Sequence record: NC_017345.1
DNA from: a plasmid
Length of the DNA: 24,491 bases
Direction: 5' to 3' (one strand)
Shown: positions 1-8,229 of the stretch, one piece after another
Numbering within the stretch: position 1 is the first letter of the stretch
Layout of the letters: each line of letters begins with the position of its first letter
Notes under the pieces: model-generated
Database searches by the model: none
The model's input: the letters and a program-made list of their open reading frames with translations, nothing else
What the model was told of the DNA's origin: nothing
Made by a program: the position numbers and the translations under genes

Positions 1-64
1 CAATTATAAATGTTAAAATTTTTTATTATTAAATATTATATACATAAAAGGAATTAAATTCATT

Positions 65-553
65 ATGAAAAAAGTAAACAAAGAGTACTTATTGAACTTT
101 ATAATTGTAACGTTCTTACTCGGAATAATAATCATACCTATATCCGTATTAGTATTCTCAATACCATTTTTTAGCATAATAGGTTTCCAATCATTAGCAG
201 ATAATTTAAATATAAGTTCTTTAATAACAATAAATTGGTATTCAAATAATATGTTTTATAACATTGGCTATATTGCATTATTCTTTATAGTAACTTATCT
301 AATATTTATTTTTCTTGAACTTTTTATAATATTTTTACATATAAAATACAAAAAGAAATTTAATAATATTATCTTATTCATATTCTTTATAACTGCTAAT
401 ATGATCGTATTAAACTTAATAATTTTGAAGATTTTCTACAACATTCATATAAACTTATATTTTCAAATTTTCATTTATTCTTTATGCTTCTATCTTTTAT
501 TTACTCATAAAGAGATTTACAAAATATTTGAAGAAAATAAAAGTAAAAAATAA
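65..553 (+). CDS. hypothetical polytopic membrane protein (162 aa, 4-5 predicted TM helices, K-rich tail)
   Basis: Intact ORF from the track; very hydrophobic with repeated I/L/F-rich helical stretches; no recognisable catalytic motif. Confidence 0.45.
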   Translation: MKKVNKEYLLNFIIVTFLLGIIIIPISVLVFSIPFFSIIGFQSLADNLNISSLITINWYSNNMFYNIGYIALFFIVTYLIFIFLELFIIFLHIKYKKKFNNIILFIFFITANMIVLNLIILKIFYNIHINLYFQIFIYSLCFYLLFTHKEIYKIFEENKSKK

Positions 554-1384
554 AAAAATTAAATCTCTCAAAAAGTTTTCTCGGCATAAAAGTACCTCTA
601 ACTTTTATACATAAAGTCATGAGCATAAGGGAAAGTGCCACCACTTTTATATTTTGGCAGACCCATAACGTGGTGAACTCGGCAGTGCCGAGTTATTTTT
701 CCTAGAAAAAAAGTGACATCACTTTTTTAACTCATATGTATAAAAACCATAACGTTATGTATACATACAGGTTACGTATACATATACTTTATGTATATAA
801 AACATACACAAAAGACATGCATCATACACATCAATTTTTTTAAAAATACATGTCTTTTTGATATATATTTTTTTTTTGCGTTTTAAGAGGTCATTTAGAG
901 CATTCTCTAATTTTGAGTACAAAAATACGTAATATAAAAAAATCGTCCTTTTAAAACCTTTTTAGGACATTTTAAACACATTTTTATGATTTGGATCAAT
1001 GTAGAATAAATGTCATAAACGTATAGAAAAAATACGTCGTCATTTCTAAGTACAGATAAATTTCTGATGCAGTACTAAATTATGGGGAAACCTACCTGTA
1101 AAAAATAAAAAGATTACTATATTTTAATTTTATTTTTTCTGTTCGTTTTTTCGACACCAGGACGGGCGATTTTTACTTACTGCCCATTTACATGCAAATT
1201 TAAAAATTAGCAATAAATCGTTCCGAATTTGCATTTTAAATGGGCAAACGTGCCGTTTGATCACATAGTTCGTGTAGCGACAAAAAGAGTATAACGAAAG
1301 TATAATAAGCGTATAAAAAAAGTGTAATGATAGAAAATAGCATTATACTTTTTTAGTCGTTCATCGCTCATCAGAACAACAAAT

Positions 1385-1458
1385 AAATTTTTAAGAAATA
1401 AATTTTGAGAGTTGACCACCCACGTTCTCCGTAAACTACAAATGTGGGTGGTCAACTC
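1385..1458. terminator. perfect 22-bp inverted repeat hairpin (ttttgagagttgaccacccacg / cgtgggtggtcaactctcaaaa) followed by T-run; probable bidirectional terminator downstream of the pC194-type rep remnant
   Basis: Read directly: 22-nt arms, ~17-nt loop, AT-rich flanks. Confidence 0.6.
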
Positions 1459-1479
1459 TCAAAATATTTTTATATTTTT

Positions 1480-1583
1480 TTATTGTTCTTCTTCGGTAAG
1501 TTCGTGAAGTTCACTTGCCAGGTACTCTTTCTGATTCCAAATATAATAAATTTGGTAAAGGTATTCAGTTGGATCGATTTCTT
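1480..1583 (-). pseudogene. rep: 3' fragment of a pC194-type RC-plasmid Rep (…QNQEIDPTEYLYQIYYIWNQKEYLASELHELTEEEQ*), truncated by IS257
   Basis: Minus-strand translation ending at TAA (1480-1482) resembles the C-terminus of pC194 Rep (…EIDPTEYIYQIFYIWKQKEYLASELYDLTEQEK…) from memory. The reading frame runs straight into the IS257 inverted repeat at 1584. Confidence 0.6.
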
Positions 1584-2377
1584 GGTTCTGTTGCAAAATT
1601 AAAAAATAAGTGTCTAACCTTATGTTTAAAATAATACTTCGTATTAACTAGCTAGCATGATGCTAATTACACGGCATGGCGAAAACCCGTAGATCTGAAG
1701 AGATCTGCGGTTCTTTTTATATAGTCCATAAATACATTCAATGCCTTTGATCGTATTCTTTGCCGTATTGATACTTTGATAACTTATTTTCCTTACTTTG
1801 ATATGACGATGATCTTGTTCAATGAGATTATTTAAATATTTAGAGTTACAATGACAGTTGGGGGTAAGTTTAAAATCTTTAATCACTTTGGACATTGCCA
1901 CCTTCGTTGAAGGGGCTTGGTTTGTAATTATCATTTGAGGTTTGCCAAATTGTTTAATAAGACGTTTAATAAACGTATATGCTGAGTGATTATCTCGTTT
2001 CTTACGTAACGAAATATCTAGTGTATGGCCATCTGCATCAATAGCGCGATATAAATAATTCCATTGCCCTTTAATTTTGATATACGTCTCATCTATATGC
2101 CATTTATAATAAGCTTGCTTATTCTTTTTCTTCCAAATTTGATACAAAATAGGAGCATATTCCTGTACCCATCGATAAATTGTTGAATGATGAACATAGA
2201 TGCCTCGTTCTCTCAATATTTCAGATATATCACGATAACTTAATGCATATCTTAGATAGTAGCCAACGGCTACAGTAATGACATCTTTGTCAAATTGCTT
2301 ATATCTGAAATAATTCATCCTCTGCACCTCATTTTTTGTTGACTATTATACTATATTTCTAACTTTGCAACAGAACC
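1584..2377 (-). mobile_element. IS257: IS257/IS431 (IS6 family), complete 794-bp copy with terminal inverted repeats ggttctgttgcaaaat … actttgcaacagaacc
   Basis: Terminal IRs are readable at 1584-1599 and 2362-2377. The internal 224-aa DDE transposase is IS257/IS431-like. Confidence 0.9.
1644..2318 (-). CDS. tnp: IS257/IS431 transposase (224 aa from MNYFRYKQF…; the track ORF has a 3-aa upstream extension)
   Basis: Protein MNYFRYKQFDKDVITVAVGYYLRY…FSPCRVISIMLAS matches the remembered IS257/IS431 transposase. Confidence 0.9.
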   Translation of the reverse strand: MNYFRYKQFDKDVITVAVGYYLRYALSYRDISEILRERGIYVHHSTIYRWVQEYAPILYQIWKKKNKQAYYKWHIDETYIKIKGQWNYLYRAIDADGHTLDISLRKKRDNHSAYTFIKRLIKQFGKPQMIITNQAPSTKVAMSKVIKDFKLTPNCHCNSKYLNNLIEQDHRHIKVRKISYQSINTAKNTIKGIECIYGLYKKNRRSLQIYGFSPCRVISIMLAS

Positions 2378-3266
2378 TAATGTAAGCTATGCAGATATAC
2401 TTGAAATTTTAAAAATAAAAAAGGCTTATAACGTAAAACAATGTGGTAACGTCTTAGAATTCAAGCCGACCGATGAAGGTTATTTGAAATTACATAAGAC
2501 GTGGTTTTGTAAATCAAAGCTATGTCCAGTTTGTAATTGGAGGCGTGCTATGAAAAATAGTTATCAAGCTCAAAAAGTGATTGAAGAAGTAATTAAGGAA
2601 AAGCCAAAAGCACGTTGGTTGTTTTTAACACTTTCAACAAAAAATGCGATAGATGGAGATACTTTAGAACAAAGTTTGAAGCATCTAACTAAAGCATTTG
2701 ATAGGGTGAGTAGATATAAAAAGGTTAAACAAAATCTTGTTGGATTTATGCGTTCAACAGAAGTTACCGTTAATAAAAATGACGGTAGTTATAATCAGCA
2801 TATGCACGTTTTGTTATGTGTTGAAAATGCATATTTTAGAAAAAAAGAGAATTATATAACTCAAGAAGAATGGGTTAATTTATGGCAAAAAGCATTACAA
2901 GTTGATTATCGACCTGTTGTAAATATTAAAGCAATTAAACCTAATCAAAAAGGCGATAAAGATATTGAATCGGCAATCAAAGAGACATCAAAATATTCGG
3001 TTAAGTCATCTGATTTTTTAACTGACGATGACGAAAAAAATCAAGAAATTGTAAGTGATTTAGAAAAAGGTTTATATCGAAAACGTATGTTAAGTTATGG
3101 TGGATTGCTTAAACAAAAGCATAAAATTTTAAACTTAGACGATGCCGAAGATGGTAATTTAATTAATACAAGTGATGAAGATAAAATAACAGATGAAGAA
3201 GCAAAAGCACATTCAATTACGGCAATTTGGAATTTTGAAAAGCAAAATTATTATTTAAGACATTAG
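2378..3266 (+). pseudogene. rep: pUB110-type (Rep_1 family) RC-plasmid replication initiator, C-terminal ~295 codons. Its N-terminus is removed by the IS257 insertion; the frame is open from the IS boundary.
   Basis: LHKTWFCKSKLCPVCNWRRAMK, …YNQHMHVLLCV…, …LSYGGLLKQ…WNFEKQNYYLRH match pUB110 RepU motifs (RVWFCKSRLCPMCNWRRAMK; HMHVLVCV; active Tyr region). In-frame continuity to 2379 with no start codon. Confidence 0.85.
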
Positions 3267-3812
3267 TGATGACTGATGTCTTTTTTATTGATTTTTTGTA
3301 AAAAAGTACTGTCTTATTTTTGTGACAAATGCTGTATGTAGTGTCACAAAAGTGTGACACTACAGCTTTTTATGATATCACTTTAAAATTACTTAAAACC
3401 CTTGGAATGTCTGGCTTTGCCAGACCTATTATTTTTGAATGATAGCAAATTCTCCTTATGCTCTTACGGAGTTCTTAGAGAAAAATTGAAATTTCTTGAT
3501 TTTTGATAAAAACGCCCTGCAGGAATTTAGAAAAACATGGGGAAGTTTTAAAAGATTTTATGCTCATTTTTAATTTGCATTTAAATGGGCAGTGTTAAAA
3601 AATTATTCACTGGTTTTGCTGAAATTTTTGTTTGTGAAATTACCATATATTTATTTGGCTCATATTTGCGTTTTAAGAGCTTGTATAGATTTTTAAGTAG
3701 AAAACTATAAGATTTACCTCTAAATCTTTAAAATACCCTCTTAAAATTCAAAATAAAGGTGTTTATAATTTGAATAAGTCCTGAGATAAAGTTTTTTAAA
3801 AGGAGTGGTTTT

Positions 3813-3977
3813 TTGAAGAGGTCTTTATTTATTTTACAAATTATTCTTGGTATTTTTTTATTGTTTTTTATTTATAAGCAAATGAATCAAAATCATTTAG
3901 ATACTTGGTTTATTCTTTATACAGTCTTTTTTATATTTTTTTCATCGTGGTTTGATAAACATTATAAAAAAAGTTAG
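3813..3977 (+). CDS. small hydrophobic protein (54 aa, TTG start, RBS aaggag 8 nt upstream)
   Basis: ORF read by hand (LKRSLFILQIILGIFLLFFIYKQMNQNHLDTWFILYTVFFIFFSSWFDKHYKKS*); good Shine-Dalgarno; below the 60-aa track threshold. Confidence 0.35.
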   Translation: MKRSLFILQIILGIFLLFFIYKQMNQNHLDTWFILYTVFFIFFSSWFDKHYKKS

Positions 3978-3984
3978 ACGACGC

Positions 3985-4125
3985 ATTTATGCCGAGAAAA
4001 TTTATTGATGTTGAGAAGAACCCTTAACTAAACTTGCAGACGAATGTCGGCATAGCGTGAGCTATTAAGCCGACCATTCGACAAGTTTTGGGATTGTTAA
4101 GGGTTCCGAGGTTCAACGACAATAA
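3985..4125 (+). promoter_or_regulatory. ssoA: ssoA-type single-strand origin (palA-like): long imperfect hairpin with CS-6 (TAGCGT) in the loop
   Basis: gaacccttaac…ttgcagacgaatgtcggc ATAGCGTgagctattaa gccgaccattcgacaag…gttaagggttc. The stem/loop architecture and the CS-6 hexamer are characteristic of ssoA in pT181/pC194/pE194-family plasmids. Confidence 0.6.
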
Positions 4126-4146
4126 AGCAATTGGAATAAAATACAC

Positions 4147-4309
4147 AGGCATTGAATGTATTTATGGACTATATAAAAAGAACCGCAGATCTCTTCAGAT
4201 CTACGGGTTTTCGCCATGCCGTGTAATTAGCATCATGCTAGCTAGTTAATACAAAGTATTACTTTAAACATAAGGTTAGACACTTATTTTTTAACTTTGC
4301 AACAGAACC
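4147..4309 (+). mobile_element. IS257: truncated IS257 remnant (~163 bp: the transposase-3' end plus terminal IR), inverted relative to the full copy
   Basis: Reverse complement of 1584-1745 almost base-for-base, ending with actttgcaacagaacc at 4294-4309. Confidence 0.85.
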
Positions 4310-4469
4310 TTACATTATCTATTTTCTTTTCTCTCCATGGGCGTTGTTTCCCACTTTTCGTCATATCTTTTAACGTTTTATTATCTTGATTTTCGGTAAT
4401 ACTTCTAGTAGTATTATATTGCATATAAAAAGAACTCCAGTATTGATTTAGATTAGACACCTTAATCAT
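4310..4469 (-). pseudogene. rep: N-terminal fragment of a pUB110-type Rep (MIKVSNLNQYWSSFYMQYNTTRSITENQDNKTLKDMTKSGKQRPWREKKIDNV-), fused into the IS257 end
   Basis: KSGKQRPWREKKIDNV matches pUB110 RepU KSGKVRPWREKKIANV. Joining this fragment to 2379 (NVSYADILEILKIKK…) after removing one copy of the 8-bp duplication restores a colinear Rep. Confidence 0.8.
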
Positions 4470-4559
4470 ATTACTGGAGTTTTTTTATGTCAAATTTTAT
4501 TTTCCCCAAGCAAAACAGTATGAAACGCCGTCATATCAACGCTTCAAAAGGATTTTAGA

Positions 4560-4600
4560 AAAGAACGTTATTTCTATATAGTATCAAGACAAGAAGAAAC
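4560..4600 (-). promoter_or_regulatory. candidate double-strand origin (dso) nick region of the pC194/pUB110 family (…TTCTTCTTGTCTTGATACTATA… on the minus strand), upstream of the rep N-terminal fragment
   Basis: Contains the conserved CTTGATA nick-site core in the expected position and orientation upstream of rep. Confidence 0.5.
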
Positions 4601-4605
4601 TCGTT

Positions 4606-4953
4606 TCAAAAACCCTCATGATTTTTAGAGAAAAACTCTCTTATTTCATCGTCTTTAATAAAATAATATGCCATCTTTCCATCTTTATAAAAATCAAGTA
4701 CCTCATTTTTATATAAAAGCCTTAAATGATGTGAAGTTGAAGCAATACTCATTTTCAATATCAAAGAAATATCACAAACACACAACTCATCTTCTTTAAT
4801 CAAAGATAATATGATTTTCAATTTCTTCTCATCACAAATTTTTTCTAAAATGTTAAGTAATTTCTTAGATTTATCATCTTCTAAAAAACTTAAAGCATTG
4901 TTAACTTTATCCTCATGTACACAGATCACATCACAAGTATTTTCATAACTCAT
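4606..4953 (-). CDS. cadX: CadX, ArsR/SmtB-family regulator of the cadDX cassette (115 aa)
   Basis: ELCVCDISLILKMSIASTSHHLRLLYK metal-binding/HTH signature; the full protein matches remembered CadX of staphylococcal cadDX plasmids. Confidence 0.9.
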   Translation of the reverse strand: MSYENTCDVICVHEDKVNNALSFLEDDKSKKLLNILEKICDEKKLKIILSLIKEDELCVCDISLILKMSIASTSHHLRLLYKNEVLDFYKDGKMAYYFIKDDEIREFFSKNHEGF

Positions 4954-4971
4954 ATAAAATCACACCCTAAA

Positions 4972-5589
4972 TTAAAATATAAATCCTAAAATTGTTTGAA
5001 TAGTGTCATTTTCAATAATAATAAATAAACCTAAAGCTATATAAATAATAGCCATAATCCAACGACTAAATTTCTCAACAATTTCTCCAATTCCTGGGAT
5101 ATTAGCTAATTTTTGTGCAGTAAACACCAAGAAGAAAATTAAAATTAAAAAGACAAACAGAGTAAGTAATAAATTAGTAACACTTAATGTCACAAAATAC
5201 GGAACAAATAAACCAATATTATCGGCGCCACAACTTGCTATCGTAACAATTGCAACCGTACCAACTAATTTAGACAATCCTTTTTCATTCAATTCTTTTT
5301 TAGCTCTCTTTTCTCCTTCACAATCATCATAAATAGTCACTTTAATTCCAAGATAAATTGGTATTAAACCCAATAAACCTAATATCCACTTTTCTGGAAC
5401 ATAATTTAATACAAAAGCTAAAAACAAACTAACTAATATTAAAATAATAGACCCTAAATATTGACCAACATAAATATCTCTATATTCTTTTCTAGTCTTT
5501 GCTCTAGCAAAAAATATTAATAAAATTACTAATAAATCAACTGCTGTAGCAATATAAAGAACAGCAGCAGCAACAACCGTTTGAATCAT
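4972..5589 (-). CDS. cadD: CadD cadmium resistance transporter (205 aa)
   Basis: 205-aa polytopic protein MIQTVVAAAVLYIATAVDLLVILLIFFARAK… matching the CadD family; located immediately upstream of cadX as in known cadDX operons. Confidence 0.9.
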   Translation of the reverse strand: MIQTVVAAAVLYIATAVDLLVILLIFFARAKTRKEYRDIYVGQYLGSIILILVSLFLAFVLNYVPEKWILGLLGLIPIYLGIKVTIYDDCEGEKRAKKELNEKGLSKLVGTVAIVTIASCGADNIGLFVPYFVTLSVTNLLLTLFVFLILIFFLVFTAQKLANIPGIGEIVEKFSRWIMAIIYIALGLFIIIENDTIQTILGFIF

Positions 5590-5664
5590 ACATACACCTC
5601 ATTCAAAAATATTTTTGAATGTATTATAACTTATATTTTTAAATAATCATAGGTGCTTTATTCC

Positions 5665-5810
5665 AATTGCTTTATTGACGTTGAGCCTCGGAACCCTTAA
5701 CAATCCCAAAACTTGTCGAATGGTCGGCTTAATAGCTCACGCTATGCCGACATTCGTCTGCAAGTTTAGTTAAGGGTTCTTCTCAACATCAATAAATTTT
5801 CTCGGCATAA
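5665..5810 (-). promoter_or_regulatory. ssoA: second ssoA-type single-strand origin, inverted copy of 3985-4125
   Basis: Reverse complement of the 3985-4125 element with the same stem and TAGCGT loop (gcatagcgtgagctattaagccgacc read on the minus strand). Confidence 0.6.
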
Positions 5811-5822
5811 ATACGATGTTCC

Positions 5823-5972
5823 TTATTTATCCTCATAAAAAACAATAGCTGAAATATATAACCAATTACTGCGTGTTTGAATTTCTAATACATGAATATC
5901 ATTCTTTAAAAACCTATTAACTTGTTTATCTAATTGACGATGAGTAAAAGTAGCGAAAGTTTTAATCTTCAT
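5823..5972 (-). CDS. small hypothetical protein (49 aa MKIKTFATFTHRQLDKQVNRFLKNDIHVLEIQTRSNWLYISAIVFYEDK) with a strong RBS (aaggagag); the 66-aa track ORF is an unlikely GTG extension
   Basis: ATG preceded at optimal spacing by GGAGAG. The upstream GTG start of the 66-aa version has no Shine-Dalgarno. Confidence 0.45.
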   Translation of the reverse strand: MKIKTFATFTHRQLDKQVNRFLKNDIHVLEIQTRSNWLYISAIVFYEDK

Positions 5973-6519
5973 GATATCTCTCCTTTTATAAAAAATAGCA
6001 ATCCTTATTACAATATTAAACACTTTTATTTTGAATTTTAAGAGGCATTTTGAAGACTTAGAGGCAAATCATATAGGTTTTGTACTTAAAAATCTATACA
6101 GTCTCTTAAAACGCAAATATGAGCCAAATAAATATATGCTAATTTCACAAACAAAAATTTCAGCAAAATCAGTGACTAATTTTTTAGATACTGCCCATTT
6201 ACATGCAAATTTAAAAATTAGCATAAAATACTTTAAAACTTCCCCATGTTTTTCTAAATTCCTGCAGGGCTTTTCTTATCAAAAACTTAGAAATTTTAAT
6301 TTAACTCTAAAATCTCCGTAAGAGCATAAGGGAAATTTGCTATCATTCAAAAATGATAGATCTGGCAAGGCCAGACATTCCAAGGGTTTTAAGTAATTTT
6401 AAAGTGATATCATACAAAGCTGTAGTGTCACACTTTTGTGACACTACATACAGCATTTGTCACAAAAATAAGACAGCACTTTTTTACAGAAAAACAATAA
6501 AAAAAGACATCAGTTATCA

Positions 6520-6805
6520 CTAATGTCTTAAATAATAATTTTGCTTTTCGAAATTCCAAATTGCCGTAATTGAATGTGCTTTTGCTTCTTCGTCTGTCGT
6601 TTTATCTTCATCACTTGTATTAATCAAATTACCATCTTCGGCATCGTCTAAGTTTAAAATTTTATGCTTTTGTTTAAGCAATCCACCATAACTTAACATA
6701 CGTTTTCGATACAAACCTTTTTCTAAATCACTTACAATTTCTTGATTTTTTTCGTCGTCATCAGTTAAAAAGTCAGATGATTTAACGGAATATTTTGATG
6801 TCTCT
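6520..6805 (-). pseudogene. rep: second, diverged copy of the pUB110-type rep 3' end (C-terminal ~95 codons only), inverted relative to 2378-3266
   Basis: Reverse complement is ~95-97% identical to 2980-3266 (SNPs give ITDEE->TTDEE and a TAG->TAA stop). Homology stops near 6805 next to the theta-rep stop codon. Confidence 0.8.
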
Positions 6806-6829
6806 TCGAGTGTTATAAAATCATTTGAA

Positions 6830-7804
6830 TTATTGATTAAAGATATTATATTGTTTCATGTTTTTACGGCGCATATAAAGGGCATGTGTTTCTTCAAGTT
6901 CAGTTAGAATTGTTTGCATTAAATAAGCTTGCATTGAATTGATTGTTTCCTTTTGGCCTTTAACTCCCCTATCATGTATAGCTTTTTTAAGTCTTTTTAA
7001 AGAAGTTAATATTTCATCCTCAATGTCCTCTAACATGTAATGCATATCTTCATGCCTTGAATTAAATGATTTTTTTGCTTTAAGAATAACAGCCTTTATG
7101 ATTTCTAAATCTCTATAATCATATTTTAATAAATAATTAGTTAGTTGTTCTGGGAATTCTTGCAATAGCATTTCTTTATCATCAAAATTATGTGTAAATT
7201 GATTTGAATGATTACTAATTTCATTTTTGTACTTTATATCATTCAAGTCATTCATATCATTATTCTCAGTATCATTAAAGTCAATGTCATTAAAGTCAGT
7301 ATCATTAGTGTTCGATTTTCGAACTTCTGGACGTTCGATTTTCGAACTTCTGGACGTTCGATTTTCGAACTTCTGGACGTTCGATTTTCGAACTTCCTTC
7401 TCGCCGTAAGGTTCAACATCGTTTTCTTCTTTTTCTATTTTGTAAATATCACGTTCTGTGACAATAGGTTTCATTAAATATAGAATATTTGGTTTATTTA
7501 AACCACGTCGTTTTTGAATGAGTAGACCATCGTTTTCTAACCCTTTTTTTATTTTTGTTAACTTTTCTTTTTTACAATTTAAGATTTCCATTAGCTTTTC
7601 ATTTGAATAAACAAAGTAAATGTTACCATCTTCATCAACCCAGCTATTTTTAATAGATAAATTTAAGCGATCACGTAAGATAGCATAGGCTATTTTCATA
7701 TCATTAGTTAGATTTTTATAATTTTCACTGGTAAAGAATACTTTAGGGATTTGATAAAATCTTTCTTTGTAATTTTCTTGCACTGTAAAATATTGATTTT
7801 GCAT
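6830..7804 (-). CDS. rep: RepA_N-family theta-replication initiator (324 aa), pSK1/pSK41-type
   Basis: MQNQYFTVQENYKERFYQIPKVFFTSENYKNLTNDMKIAYAILRDRLNLS… is the remembered N-terminus of staphylococcal multiresistance-plasmid Rep. The central D/N-rich region holds the iterons. Confidence 0.9.
   Translation of the reverse strand: MQNQYFTVQENYKERFYQIPKVFFTSENYKNLTNDMKIAYAILRDRLNLSIKNSWVDEDGNIYFVYSNEKLMEILNCKKEKLTKIKKGLENDGLLIQKRRGLNKPNILYLMKPIVTERDIYKIEKEENDVEPYGEKEVRKSNVQKFENRTSRSSKIERPEVRKSNTNDTDFNDIDFNDTENNDMNDLNDIKYKNEISNHSNQFTHNFDDKEMLLQEFPEQLTNYLLKYDYRDLEIIKAVILKAKKSFNSRHEDMHYMLEDIEDEILTSLKRLKKAIHDRGVKGQKETINSMQAYLMQTILTELEETHALYMRRKNMKQYNIFNQ
7310..7397. repeat. 3.8 tandem copies of a 23-bp iteron (gttcgattttcgaacttctggac), each with an internal gttcga-ttt-tcgaac palindrome, inside the rep coding sequence
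   Basis: Read directly. An in-gene origin/Rep-box location is characteristic of RepA_N plasmids. Confidence 0.75.
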
Positions 7805-7927
7805 GACAAAAAACCTCTTTCCATATTTTAGTTTGGTAAGAGGTAATAAAACGTTTTTATTTAGCTTTACATTTATTTAATGATCTAGGTGCTTGCACTA
7901 AGATATTATTCATTATATAATACAAGT

Positions 7928-8005
7928 ATCGAAAATTATATAAATAAACAGTTTCTAAACGTTTTATTACCAAACCCCGACTATTACCAGTAGTTGGGGT
8001 TTTTG
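7928..8005 (+). ncRNA. candidate RNAI-type antisense countertranscript to the rep leader: sigmaA promoter TTGCAC-17-TATAAT (7893-7921), intrinsic terminator 7972-8005
   Basis: Consensus-spaced promoter on the strand opposite rep; ~78 nt to a GC-stem + T-run terminator (aaaccccgactattaccagtagttggggttttt). Antisense RNA control of RepA_N rep genes is established for pSK41/pSK1. Confidence 0.5.
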
Positions 8006-8055
8006 TTATATTAAGTTTATTATAGCACTTTAAATAAACTTATAAAAGGGAAAAT

Positions 8056-8229
8056 ATAGCTTTATCAAGGGTTTATAAACCCTTGATAAATATCATCAAC
8101 CTTTCATAAACCCTTGATAAAAAGGTTGATGGATGTTTATTTTTATTTATTAATCACTTTATTATTAAGCATTATAAGCTTATAATATTTTATCAAGGGT
8201 TTATAAACATTTTATAAAGGGTTGATGAT
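8056..8229. repeat. centromere-like/operator repeats upstream of par (tatcaagggtttataaacccttgata perfect palindrome plus three partial copies)
   Basis: Read directly; located between divergent rep and par. Confidence 0.6.

Noticed and set aside
1261-1455. 64-aa minus-strand ORF
   Set aside because: It spans the 22-bp-arm terminator hairpin, has no RBS, and has low-complexity composition. It lies in a non-coding RC-plasmid relic.
2365-2393. Possible IS257-derived outward hybrid promoter (-35 TTGCAA in the terminal IR)
   Set aside because: The -10 candidates 17 bp downstream (tatgca at 2388; tatttt at 4321) are weak. The downstream sequences are truncated rep fragments, so any transcript would be non-functional.
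3267-3780. Possibility that the inverted 0.8-kb repeat is a recent duplication or assembly artefact
   Set aside because: The copies differ by many scattered substitutions and have different flanking ORFs. That points to ancient divergence, not collapse/duplication by an assembler.
6031-6321. 96-aa plus-strand ORF in the rep-downstream region of copy B
   Set aside because: The homologous inverted copy A (3480-3770) has no corresponding open frame, so the ORF is not conserved between the two copies. It also covers the conserved 34-bp motif. Probably non-coding.
7208-7477. Plus-strand ORFs (89 aa and 60 aa) overlapping the iteron region
   Set aside because: They lie antisense inside the RepA_N rep gene. 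They are generated by the tandem 23-bp iterons (repetitive FDFRTSGRS… translation), with no RBS.
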